DNA from: Azolla caroliniana
Taxonomy: Eukaryota; Plantae; Polypodiophyta
Length of the DNA: 64,000 nucleotides
Assembly (NCBI GenBank): GCA_043228905.1
Contig: JBHGNT010000016.1
Location: 6,324,001-6,388,000, forward strand
Direction of reading: 5' to 3'
Numbering within the stretch: position 1 is the stretch's first letter; each line of letters starts with the position of its first letter. The position numbers were made by a program, and so were the translations under genes. Below the pieces are notes generated by a model. That model was not told the origin of the DNA and ran no database searches. It saw only the letters and a program-made list of their open reading frames with translations. Positions 12,401 to 25,189 of this stretch are shown here, in pieces.

Positions 12401-14395
12401 AACATTATAATTCAGGTATTTACTTAGCTTCTCTTAATGAAGCTGAACTGCTTATTTGTGCTTTGCTGGAGTAACCTATTATATGCTGTGGTTTTGATAG
12501 GTGGATGACTTGGAGGAAGTGAGTGACTATTATCAGAATAGAGGCCGCTTTGATGAACTTATTACATTGATGGAAAGTGGCCTTGGTTTAGAAAGAGCAC
12601 ATATGGGGATATTTACAGAGCTTGGAAGTCTTTATGCTCGATATCGTTCAGAAAAATTGATGGAACATTTGAAGCTCTTCTCTACACGACTCAATATTCC
12701 AAAACTTATTCGTGTATGTGATGAACAACAACACTGGAAAGAGCTTACTTATCTGTATATTCAATATGATGAGTTTGACAATGCCGCCACAACAATAATG
12801 AACCATTCCCCAGAAGCATGGGATCACATGCAATTCAAAGATGTTTCTGTGAAGGTTGCCAATGTAGAGCTGTACTACAAGGCTGTTCACTTCTATTTAC
12901 AAGAACATCCTGATCTGATTAATGATCTTTTGAATGTTTTGGCCCCAAGAGTAGATCATACACGGGTGGTAGACATTATGCGGAAGGTAAGACCTTTTGT
13001 AGTGAGTTTTACTTTTGTTATTATTTCTTGCGGTCTCTTATTATGGAGCATGTTCTTCTTTTAATAAATGGCATTATGAATTTCAATGATAATTAGAGTT
13101 CTAAATTCCAAGTACTCCATTAAGTACTATTTAAAGGACTCACTTTACTTTCTGTTCTTGTGGTCTTGTATTCCTCAAATGACTTAAGTCTATCATCTTT
13201 TTGTGCCAGGCCGGTCATTTGCCGCTTGTAAAACCATATATGGTTGGAGTTCAGAGTAGCAATAATGCTGCTGTTAATGAAGCTCTGAATGCTCTTTATA
13301 TTGAAGAAGAAGACTATGAGAGGCTAAGAGAGTCAATCGACATGCATGACAACTTCGATCAAATTACCTTGGCACAGAAGGTAACATATAAGTAGCTAAT
13401 GTAACATGCTCATTTTTGAAAGCTATTTTGGGAAGATTTAATGCTGTCACTTCTTTTCTGCAGCTTGAGAAACATGAACTTCTTGAGTTCCGGCGCATTG
13501 CTGGTCTCATCTACAAGAAAGCTGGTAGATGGAAGCAATCTGTGGCACTCTCAAAGAAAGACAATCTGTACAAAGATGCTATGGAAACATGCTCTCAGTC
13601 GGGTGATCGCGATCTTGCGGAAGAACTTCTATCCTTCTTTGTGGAGCAGGTATATAGATTGATCATTAGCAGAAAAGATAATTTTGTTCACATGGTAGCT
13701 GACAAGTGGTGTGGTGGTTAGTCTGCTTGGTGTGTAGAAATAAATATGCTGGAGGATGCAGGATATGCCAATAGTAGGATTTCTAGTGTGTAATCTTTGC
13801 TGCTAATTTTATGTGCTACTTGTTACAGGGGAAGAAGGAGTGCTTTGCATCATGTTTATTCACTTGTTATGACTTGATCCGGGCTGATGTTGCGTTAGAA
13901 CTGGCCTGGATGAATAACATGGTTGACTTTGTATTCCCATACTTGATGCAGGTTTGTTTCTTCTCTCATTTATGTGGTGAAGTCTATATTTTTTGTTTCA
14001 TGGTCACTTAATGAATTTTGCAAATTGACAGTTCTTACGTGAGTATACTGGTAAAGTTGATGAGCTTGTTAAAGATAGAATTGAAGCTCAAGCAGAGGTC
14101 AAAATAAAAGAGGCAGAGGAAAAAGAATTGGTTGCAAACCAGGTATTCCTTCTGGCAATTATGTATCTTGATGTTTCATTTCTACCTGTGGACCCTTTCA
14201 AAATTTGTATCCTTGTTATCTTTGATGCAGAATATGTATGCACAGTTGTTACCATTGGCTTTACCTGCCCCCCCTGGAATGGGTGGGTATGACCCTGGAT
14301 TTGCAGGAGGGATGCCTGGTATGCCAGGAATGCCTGGGATGCCCGGTATGCCTGGCATGCCTCCATATGGCATGCCTGGTATGCCTGGATATTAG
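3314..14395 (+). CDS. CHC: Clathrin heavy chain (~30 exons, complete)
   Basis: Exon 1 [15 protein letters not shown] (3314-3358) is followed by [28 protein letters not shown]...[13 protein letters not shown] (from 4845). CHCR repeats follow (e.g. [37 protein letters not shown]), then [18 protein letters not shown] and a last exon 14231-14395 [18 protein letters not shown]...GY*. Splice sites are canonical except one GC donor. Confidence 0.98.
14306..14392 (+). repeat. In-frame 9-bp repeat encoding a (GMP)n tail of CHC
   Basis: GGGATGCCTGGTATGCCAGGAATGCCT... translates to [29 protein letters not shown]. Confidence 0.9.
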
Positions 14396-15902
14396 CTTTA
14401 TAAGCTTTGACAGTAAGATACATTGTTCATTGTGCTGGTGATCAAAGACTAATACTAGTAAATGTCTAGTGAATGATTGATGAATCAAACAGAACAGTTC
14501 TGTAATGAAGGTGTGTCGGCATACAATTTTTTGTAGTACTGGTAGGGCAGTTTTTTCTTCCTATCTGTTTATTTTTTGAAATAAGATGTTGACATTGATA
14601 ACATTTTTTTCTGCCACTGTCCTTATTTTCTTGAGATTTGAATATTTGGACCCTTCAGTCAATAAGTAAATTGTCTGTTTATGCGCATTGTTGGAGGTAG
14701 CTATCTGAACAAGAGAAATGAAGCTAACCAATTATTTTTGCTGGTTTCAAATTTGTTCTTAACTTCGAACTGATGGAGGGATTGTTTAACCGACCGACAC
14801 TAATGCTATTAAACTGCCGCCATAATATAATATCGTCTGTAACCTACTCTTTTCTATTCCAAAAGTTGTCAATGTCTCATTTTCTTCCTTTCCCCTTGTG
14901 ATGAATAGTTATTTATGCGTAGAATTTAGCTTGGTTCTTTTTGCATTAATTTTTTTGTCTTGCTTTTATGGCCCAAATTTTACTTTTTTGGTAGCCCCTG
15001 ATTCTTACACTTGAAGCAATGGGAGCAAAAGATATAAAATTAGTGCATACTTACTGGATTATAGATATTTGCAATAAAATGTTCTCATTGTGGCAAACAT
15101 TGCCTCCAACTGTGTAATCTCAATCTGTTTCTGGTGACGATATATCTTATCAGTACTTGGCATTGGGGCCTGGTAACAATTAATGTAGCCAATATCACTT
15201 AATCTAGGTAAGATCTATTGATTTACTATATAACCGATTTACTTTGCTTTGTTTTGATCTAAACGTACACCATTATGTACAAGCTCAGAACGTATATTAG
15301 TGCATGTAATTTCAAACCAATCAAAATTCTAAGTTTCTCACTAGACTTACTATTAAATTAAAGTAAGGGATATCATGCACCAAAGTAAGAATATACATCT
15401 ATGATAATATCTGATGTTAATTTATGAGAACTTGCACATGCAGCTACCTCAAATTTCTGTCGATACAAGTGTGATATGAAAAAACATTATTATCAGTTGG
15501 CTGTAAGATCAGAAAACATGAGAGCATGTGCAAACTAATAATGCATTAGATGCGTTTATGAGAATGTTGTGATTTGTCATTAGTTTTGAAATGATTAAAG
15601 ATCTTTCTATGACACCAACACGTTCAAGCCAATTTAATATTTCATAGTTTTATTATCCACATGCTTTTTCCTAGGCCTATTATAAATTGATAGTTATTTC
15701 CCTCCTTTTCTTACGTTATTGATAGGATGACATGGTGGATGATACCGTCTCATGTGCAAACCATTATGCAAGTCTTCACTTTTATGATGTTGATGTCTTG
15801 TGAATCTCATCCCTTTATCCTAATGGTTTTCTACATCAATATGTTATCATTATTGTTTTTGGATGTAGTTCATATGTAATCCAAGCTGGTTTGTATCTTT
15901 AT

Positions 15903-15943
<41 letters not shown>

Positions 15944-15949
15944 GATTCC

Positions 15950-16700
15950 AACACGATTGTGCATTTAGCAACCCATAGAAGTCCCAAAGATAAAAGGGAA
16001 TAAATTTTGTAAGAATATAGTTTGGAGCTCTTAGTTGACAGTTCATTTGCATGCTCCTTGCATTCATCAATGTAAGATCAAGGATACCCACATAAAACTT
16101 ATGATTAAATACTTCATTGTGGAATCTTGAAACAATGTAGCGCATATGATATTGTTGCAGTTGCTTTGCTTGCTCAATATGATAATTAATCGTTTTGCAT
16201 TTGCTAGTTTTCTATCAAACAATTTTCTAATTAATCACATTTTGATATAATGTTTCGCTTCTGATCACATTTGACAATGCTTTCCACTCAATCCAATCCT
16301 TTCATAAATTTTCACACTGTTAAAGTCTGCATTCTCAATTGCGAGATTCTTTCGGACAGTTTTTAACATCGAGAGTTGAAATTCACTTTCATATGTATTG
16401 ATTGAAAACATTATAATTTTGGTCTTGGGGGCATATTTGACCTCCAAAGACAATAATACAATCTCTGTCTCTCTGTCTCTCTCTCTCACACGCACAATCT
16501 CATGCTTCTTGTGGTAGATAGAAATTTTGAATTCGAGAATCGAAAAGTTGGATGTACCCACAAAGTTAAAATGGGTCACATCAAGAAGTAATGTAAACCA
16601 AATGGGCATCAAGAGAGTTTTCATAATTTTACTGTATTTACTTTGTAAAAGTTGTTTTCTTGTGTTGTATTTATTGAAGGACATACCGCTTCTTGTGAAC
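15950..16700 (-). mobile_element. Possible highly decayed L1 3' region (zf-RVT-like)
   Basis: Minus-strand fragments LWRSNMPP../KTKII and RIGLSGKHCQM resemble the WxxxxPPK...CxxC zf-RVT motif. Heavily frameshifted. Confidence 0.3.
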
Positions 16701-17997
16701 GTCTCTAGTTAGGTTGATTATCATTTAATCGTACACAATGAGGACATGTTCGTCTTCAACAATCCAAAAATTTCTAGACCTCTCCATTGTGAATGCATGT
16801 TCTATAGTTCACATAAGACTTGAGTAGTACTAATAAACTATAGGTTAGCTTGGCATAGGCAAAGGAACACATACACAACTTAGAGTTACTTATAGTGGTT
16901 TCCCTTAGCGAGTAGTGTTTATAGACTCATACCTAGTTAGATGTCGACTAACATTTATGTATGCCTATTCAGTAATTCACATAGCATTAATCAAAATATA
17001 CCTCCTTCCTTGGGCTTCTATTCACGCATGAACCACGTGGTTTGACCAATTAGATGACACGCAACTCACAAACTTGGGATGTAACTCATCCAATATTATG
17101 CGAGTCTAGAGGTGAAAGCAATACGTTTGGCTTTTGTGAGCACAAAACAACTTTCGGCCATGTGACAACAATTTAGGCCTAGGTCATTATCATCTCTCAC
17201 ATGATTTTATGGTAAATACATACATTTCTTTCTCTCTAAGGTCATGGTACGATGCTAGTTAATTGTATAAGAATACATAGTGCCCCCACCCAACTCCACA
17301 CTTACACACAAAAGAAAAGCAATCAATACCTATAAGAATATAATTAATAATAGAGGGTACTTTTTGTGTAATATGTTTATCATAAGCATATTGCCAAAAA
17401 GTTGTCGGATTATAGATATGAGTGTTTGGAGCACTAAGGGCGACACCTTCGGAGTTCCATATACAAATTCCCCCAAATTTCCCAAGCACACACACACTTG
17501 CAACCCAAGTTCTAACTCGAAAGTCTTAAAGAGAAGGATCCGTCTTCTGTCTGCAAGTGTAACGCAACCTTCACGAAACGGCGTGGACAAGAATGGGCAT
17601 GCACGAGGAGGAGGAGGACGTTGGGAAAATCTGGGTGGAATTGGGGCCAGGGAAAACATGTTTTGCCATGGAAGGCGAGCCCCTAGGAAAAAAATAAAAG
17701 CTTTTGCGTGAGGAGACGGAAGAGGGATGTGAATGGGGTCAGTTAGTTAGTTAGTCACGTAGGGAGGGGGCAGACGGGCAATTTGTCGAGAATATGTGAG
17801 AATGGCCGTCTCCATATATAATTATACATGCATATACCATGGACATAACCATAACCATGACCATGACATCCATATCCATAATATACATACACATATATTT
17901 ACATATATTCATGACATACACATTTGAAGAGGGGTTTGGGAGAAGCCTACACACACACACACAAACTCTTTCTCTCTCTCTCTCTATCTACTACTAC

Positions 17998-18267
17998 CAT
18001 AGTCTGTACTATGAACCATATGTACCATACGTACATTCGCATTCTCGAATGTTTCAATACCATTCGAGTAGGGTAAGCACCCTCGAAGTATGGTAAATAC
18101 CAATACTCTTGTATTCATTATTTATTATAACTTATAAGGCAATGTTTTTTTTCAAGGTAAGAAAGAAAGTAACGAAGACCCACAAGAATGTTTTGATAAC
18201 ATACGCATTCGTATGAACAAAAGAATGTTGGCCAATATGCATTCGAGTATATTACGTACATACTATG
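17998..18267. mobile_element. Non-autonomous hAT element (MITE), 270 bp
   Basis: TIRs CATAGTCTGTAC / GTACATACTATG (12 bp, 1 mismatch). 8-bp TSD ACTACTAC at 17990-17997 and 18268-18275. Internal ATTCG/CGAAT motifs. Lies ~355 bp upstream of the TMK ATG. Confidence 0.85.
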
Positions 18268-18564
18268 ACTACTACTACTACTACTACTGCAGTCTGCTAC
18301 CAACAGGCCTTTTCTCTCTGTTTTCCTCTTTTGGTACTACTGCTACTACTGCTGGTTGTTCTTCCACACTGTCCTAGGAGGGGAACCTCTCAGCTCTGCC
18401 ACCTATCCCCAGAAAAAGACTCCCCCTGTCTCACACCCCCACATTCAATCCACCCACACAAGCAAGCTTGATTGGTTGTGAAGCATTCAAGCTATAACCC
18501 CCCTTTCCTCCTTAAGATAGATAGAGAGCCATGAATTTCTTTAACCCTAGACCTTAAAGTCATC

Positions 18565-18599
<35 letters not shown>

Positions 18600-18622
18600 T
18601 TTGAGCTTCTCCCCCCCCCTAA

Positions 18623-21600
18623 ATGCAGCTCCTCCTCCATCTCCTGCTGATTAGGCTCCTCATCTGGCCCCTAATCCTCGCCTCCGCGGAGACCGACCCC
18701 GCCGACCTCCATGTCTTGAAAGACCTCGGCCGCAACCTCATTGGCGGCCCCGTCCCATCGTGGGCCGGCGACGACCCTTGCGGTGCCCCCACGTGGCGCT
18801 ACATCCAATGCGAGGGCGCCTCGGTGGTCGGGATCCACATGGAGAATGCCAAGCTCTCTGGACAGCTCCCTCCTTCTCTCAACAAGATGGTCAATCTCCA
18901 GGTCATAGCTCTACAAGGGAACAACTTCACAGGCCCTTTGCCTTCGTTGCGCGGCCTATTGAGCCTCCGGTATGTATACATGAGCTTCAATTCTTTTACA
19001 TTGATTCCCGCGGATTTCTTTGTTGATATGGGGAGCTCGGTCATCGAGGTTGCGCTTGACTACTCGCCTCTCAATGCCTCCTCGGGCGGATGGGCGCTCG
19101 ACCCATCGGCATTTGTCCACCTAACGAACCTCCGGACACTTAGCCTCACCGCAACCCATCTCACGGGCCACCTCCCACACACCCTCGGGAACCTACCCAA
19201 TTTGCAAAACCTACACCTTGCGTATAACTACCTGAATGGCTCCATCCCGGAGTCCTTCGCCTCGGCTGCCTTCGTGTCCCTCCAGCTTAACAACCAACAA
19301 GGACCTAGCCCCCTCTCGGGAACGGTCGAGGCCGTTGGATCGATGCTCGCCTTGTCAGAACTATGGCTCCATGTGAATGCATTCTCGGGTCCCATACCAG
19401 AGACCCTAGGGTCTTTGATCAGTCTAACTGATTGCCGGCTCAATGATAATGACCTTGTTGGCACGATCCCATTGTCATTTACTCGTTCCCTCTCACTTAA
19501 ATCTCTTGCCCTCCAAAACAACCATCTGATCGGCGCGATTCCAAGCATTCCCTCGCTTACCTCCGCGAATTTCACATTCAGTGGGAATGGGCTATGTTCA
19601 GACACTATCGGCCAAGAGTGCTCGGAAGAAGTGGATGCTCTAATTAGTTTCTTGGCCGGCATCAATTTCCCGCTCGATTTGGCTACCTCATGGATGGGCA
19701 ACAACCCTTGCTCCTGGACAGGCATCTCTTGTAACCCTAAATCCGGGGCTGTAGTCACAATCAACCTTCCGGGACGCCGCCTCTCGGGGACCATATCTCC
19801 AGCCCTTGCAAACCTCACTTCTCTACAAAACCTAGTCCTTGACAACAACAACCTCACTGGTGTCATACCACCTGCGCTCGCGTCTCTACCCTCTCTCCGC
19901 CGCATCTTCATTCGAAACAACAACCTTGCCCCTCCATTACCGACATTCCAGCCCGGCAAATTGGTATACTTATCTGGCAATCCTGAGCTTGATAGCTTGC
20001 CATCGGGAGCTGAATCTCCAAAGACCAGCGAAGGTGGGCCGGAAACTCTGGTACCACTTGCTTCAAATATCCCGGCTACGCGTTCCATACCTTTCGTGCC
20101 ACCTGATACGGCCGGACAACCCACGGCCTCCTTAACAATGCAAGGCACTTCTTCGTCTTCTTCCTCGGACAAATCTTCAAAGTCGAGCTCATCTGCCGGA
20201 GTGATCACGGGAGGAGTCGTGGGAGCTTTTTCCATCGCTCTAGTAGTTGGCTTACTTAGCCTCTTTCTTGTTAAAGAGAGGAGGAAGAAGAGACACAACA
20301 AAGTGTCAAGCCCATCTACAATGTTGCACTCTACATCAGGACCTGGAAACCCCGAGGATCCCACAGAGGTTGTCAAGTTCACTGTCGGAAACCAGGCAGC
20401 CGGGGAATCTGCGGAAAGCACGACCACTGACTGTGTTCACACTATTGGTCAAGATGGAGTGCAAACTGTGGAAGCTGGAAATCTCGTGATTTCTATCCAA
20501 GTCCTCCGGAATGTGACCAGGAATTTTAGTGAGGAGAATGTGTTGGGAAGGGGTGGATTCGGGGTTGTTTACAAAGGGGAGCTCGATGATGGGACGAAAA
20601 TTGCCGTTAAGCGGATGGAGTCTTCAGTCATTAGCAACAAAGGGCTGAAGGAATTCCGATCCGAGATTGCTGTTCTAACCAAAGTTCGGCACCGTAATCT
20701 GGTCTCATTGTTGGGATATTGTATATGCGGCTACGAACGGTTGCTCGTGTATGAATTCATGCCCCTAGGAAACCTAAGCCAACATCTCTTCGAGTTCAAG
20801 AAGCTGGGTTTGGCACCACTGAGCTTGAAGCAACGGCTTGGGATAGCTCTAGATGTGGCGAGAGGAACCGAGTATTTGCATAGCTTGGCGCACCAGGCGA
20901 GCTTCATTCATCGTGATCTCAAGCCATCCAACATCTTGTTGGGCGATGACTATAGGGCCAAGGTGTCGGACTTCGGCCTCGTCAAACTCGTGATGAATGA
21001 AGACAAGAACTCGAGCGAGACAAGGCTTGCAGGCACATTCGGCTACTTGGCTCCGGAATATGCAGGTAAATTGTCTATATCTTTTTCTTTTTCTTTTCTG
21101 AAGATGCTTAGTGTGCCATTCTTACTTGCTAAGATGATATAAAATTGTGCTACATGGCTCTGACCTGATTATTTTATTTACCATGTTGGTGCCATGTCCA
21201 TCCATAACTGACAAATTAGGTTCACTCTTAGATGTTCCTTGAGTGTTTTGCGTGGAAGATCGAACCATGTTAGTTGTCCTAAGAGCTCAAAACCTTATGA
21301 TGACATTGGCACCAGGTTGGATTATCATATAGATGCTCGCATCGACTTGTTAGGTGCCCCACAAGTGCTTTTCTGGCCAGTTTGGGTATAATCCAAGAGC
21401 TCATGGTACTGGTAACATGTTAGAGTGCATTGTGAACACAAAATCTCAAGTAGAACGACTATGACCCTCCTCCATGGGGTAGATAGTGGTGCCTAGTAAG
21501 ATAACTTTTGTCCTCGAAAAAGTTGATTGTGTAGGGGGATTGTGCCCATTACTTATGGGTGCATTGAAGTGTGCTTTATGGGGGGGGTATGAACACAAAA

Positions 21601-22261
21601 TCTCATGTAGAATGACCCTCCTCCATGGGGTAGATAGTGGTGCCTAGTAAGATATCTTTTGTTCTCGAAAAAGATTGTACCAATGTCAAGTTTAAGCTGA
21701 TTGTGTAGGGGGATTGGATTTGATTTCGCAGTGACTGGGAGGGTGACGACGAGGTCAGACGTATTCAGCTTCGGAGTGGTGTTAATGGAGCTTATCAGTG
21801 GACGGAAGGCACTAGACGAGAGCCGACCGGAAGAGAGCATGCATCTAGTGTCGTGGTTTCGGAGAATCATCTTAGTGTCCACACCGACTGATGACGATTT
21901 CTGCCGTATCATCGACCCGGCGCTAGAGCTCCCGACAAGGGAGTCATTGGAGACGATCCGAAAGGTTGCAGAATTGGCTGGACATTGTACAGCCCGGGAA
22001 CCATGGCACAGGCCGGATATGAGCCATGCCGTGAACGTTCTATCACCCCTCGTGGAACGTTGGATCAAGCCAATGTCCGTGGACATGGACAGTGACGATG
22101 TGATGGTTGGGATCGATCTCGACATCACACTATTACAAGCACTCGAGAAATGGCAAGCTTACCAACCCGGGGTCACCTCTGTGCTGGACACCTCTACCGG
22201 GAGCATGCCTAGTAGACCTCTAGGATTTGCCGATTCTTTTACCTCCATAGATGGTAGATAG
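18623..22261 (+). CDS. TMK: TMK/BARK1-family LRR receptor-like kinase (~990 aa; exons 18623-21065, 21732-22261)
   Basis: Signal peptide, two LRR blocks split by a Cys-containing non-LRR island (GLC...EC...[14 protein letters not shown]) and a TM helix. Then [31 protein letters not shown], an RD kinase ([27 protein letters not shown]) and the TMK-typical end [15 protein letters not shown]. Single phase-1 GT-AG intron. Confidence 0.96.
21432..21716. repeat. ~160-bp tandem duplication at the 3' end of the TMK intron
   Basis: TGAACACAAAATCTCA...GACCCTCCTCCATGGGGTAGATAGTGGTGCCTAGTAAGATA...GATTGTGTAGGGGGATTG is present twice. Confidence 0.85.
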
Positions 22262-23046
22262 ATTAAAATAAAAACCCGGTGGTGAATATGATGCTTTTGT
22301 GCTCAAATGTTTTTGTCCCAGTAATGTATACATACTTCCATAGCCAATGTTTTACTAGAAGGAGACCCATGCCCCTGGGATTTTTGTAAAATTTATGCTT
22401 GTTGTAGTGTTTCCCTTGTCTTTTAAGTCTCCAACCTTGTGTGTAACCTTCATATATATGCATGTAGTTTTAGTATCCGAAAAGCAAATACATGAAAGCG
22501 TCTCTTAATCATAAGACGATAGAGACCGTAAAAGTGATGTTACACTAGGTATGATTCAAGTCGTAGTAAAAGCTTACAAGCGTCTTGATGTGGGTAACTT
22601 GTTTTCTGAAAAATGTGCATGGCCTACTAGTCTTAGCACTTGTGCCCCAAATGTCTTGTCTCACATCCAAGTGAGAATGTTTGTTTTTGGTGAATGCCAA
22701 TCTATATGCACATTAAATGCTTGCCTTGCCTTCCGATCTTCCCTCCAGAGCTCCTGTCTTTAATGTTGATGAAAATTTTCACACTTCTCATATGAAGACC
22801 GAAATAGTACTAGTAGTTTTGGAAAGTTACCTCATGGAGAAAGGGCAAAACACTTATAGTGCCCAAGAATTTAAGCATGAGTGAGGTATGGTAGATTGTT
22901 TCATTAGTATATTTGGTTTTGTTGTAGTTTTTTGAATGAAGACAACATAAGAATTGATGGGCAACAAATGGATCCATGTTTTTTATTCTAAGTCCCTTGA
23001 CTAGGAGAAATTCATGGTAATATATAGGAGGGTCATACTTGCCAAC

Positions 23047-23161
23047 CATAGATTGATCCATGTGTAATATTCGTGGTATTCTACATCCGCAATATTTGCT
23101 ATATTCGAGAATATAAAACGGCCCCAAGAATATTATAAAACCATTCATTTAGATGTATACA

Positions 23162-23194
<33 letters not shown>

Positions 23195-23869
23195 GATATA
23201 TACATATATGTGTATACACACATATCACTCATATATACTCATATATGTATATACACAAATACATCAATAATTAATTAACTCACTAATATAATAATTAATT
23301 AGTTCACTAATACATTAATTTACGAATGCATTAATTGATTCAATAATACATTAATTGATTCACTAATACATTAATTAATTTACTAATACATATCTTAATT
23401 CATTCAAAAAGATGAGTTATTAAGTTAATTAATTAATAATCAATTAATTAGGGCTTCTACTAAACTTAGGGTTTCAGTGAGAGCTTGAGTTGAGGATGTA
23501 GGGTTTCAGTGAGGACAGGATGTAGGATTAAAATAGAGCATGAGAGGGAGTTGAGGACGCAGGCTCAAAAGAAAGTACTACTGTCTAAATTAGGTTTATG
23601 ATAGAAATTAGGGTTTTCAGCCGAAACCCTAAATTTCTAGCCGAGAACAAGATGCAGAGGAAAGCGAGGGCGGACAGGGAGTAGGGTGAGGCTTCCTCGC
23701 TCACTGCTCGCTGTTCGTTCACTCGCTCAGACGAAGAAAAACTGTTTTTTATTTTTTATTTAAAAAATTCAAAAAAAAAGAAGAAAACGAATATATTTAT
23801 ATGCATTCGTATTCCTATTCGTATGGATTCGTGAGGTAGGCCCCACGAATGCGAATATTTCAATCTATG
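23047..23869. mobile_element. Non-autonomous hAT element, 823 bp
   Basis: Perfect 10-bp TIRs CATAGATTGA / TCAATCTATG. Exact 8-bp TSD TTGCCAAC at 23039-23046 and 23870-23877. Subterminal ATTCG/CGAAT repeats, no transposase ORF. Confidence 0.92.
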
Positions 23870-24948
23870 TTGCCAACCATGTATGAACATGACTTAGTTG
23901 TGTCATTTCTTGGTTCAACCTTGTAATTATCAGTTAATAAATTGTCTTTAGGTTCGAATTGCTACCCTATATTTGCCAAGACATTTCTTGCAGTCCGCCC
24001 TCTTCTTGCATGTAGGTTGTGTGAATACATGTGAAGAAATATCATAGTGAGTTGTGACCCTAAGAAAGCATGAGAGATACAATAAAAATAATTACTATGT
24101 CATGTAGACATTTGTGATTCTTGATGTTTGTAGTGGAAATTCAAAGTTCAAAGGTTTGCCAATGATCCTTTCAAAATTTCTTTTATAACAAGTTAACCTA
24201 TGGTTACTTTTAGAGAAAACAAAGCAAATTGGTTATGCCAATAAAGTGGAAGATATGTATTATGAAGTGATGAATACCACAAGATTCATTGTTTCCCAAT
24301 TAAGTAACTTAATCTACATTGATTGCGGATTGGATGAAAGAAAAGAAAGTATAAGCAACCTTGTTAATAGAACCTTAAGACAACAAAGGTTGACATAAAA
24401 AAGTATAACCCCCGAATAGGATTTTTGTTTTTTCTCACTTCCCTCAACATGATATGATAGGCATAAGAGCAAGAGTTTATTAGCTTTCAACTGAACATGC
24501 TTTCTTCTTGTGTGTTAACATAGTCAGAATAGGTTTAGAAGCACGAGATGACCACATCTACTTATGTTGCTAGCAAAATTATAGATGACGGTTTTGTTGA
24601 GAATAATGGGCCATTGTGCCTTTTATTCATGCATGGGTGTTTGTGCACAAGTGTGAACACCCTTTGAACACACTTAACCTTCATATATATATATATAACC
24701 TAAAATTAACCATAAATCTATTGTTTCCAAAAACCATTACCCTTCTTCTTCTTCTTCTCTTTGCTTTTGCAACTTTTATTCTTTGCCTACAATCTATTGC
24801 TACCTTCAAACAAGTTTTAGAGCAAAGGTTGAGGCGCACATGCTTCTCGGAGTCTAGGTATTCCACATGTCATGTTTTCAAATAGGCAATAATGAGCGTA
24901 CCTCATTACCATTCAATACAAGTAGGAACCATGATGCTATAGTTCATC

Positions 24949-25068
24949 AAATTTTGCTCACATGTAGGTCCACAAGTAGATTTGCTAGGTTTCCGTTTTG
25001 GGCTAAAATTTTGCTCACATGTAGGTCCACAAGTAGATTTGCTAGGTTTCCGTTTTGGGCTAAAATTT
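24949..25068. repeat. Perfect 57-bp tandem duplication
   Basis: AAATTTTGCTCACATGTAGGTCCACAAGTAGATTTGCTAGGTTTCCGTTTTGGGCTA at 24949 and 25006. Confidence 0.95.
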
Positions 25069-25189
25069 ATGGTTGGCTTGAGGGTGCAAACAATTTCACA
25101 ACGTGACAAATGCAATGCTACAAATTCTTGTTGTAGAAGTAGGCCACGCTTGTCAAGGTCAATGGGGTAAAACATATGGATATGGAACA

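Noticed and set aside
19228-20427. 399-aa antisense ORF inside TMK
   Set aside because: Shadow frame of a GC-rich coding exon with no recognisable domain.
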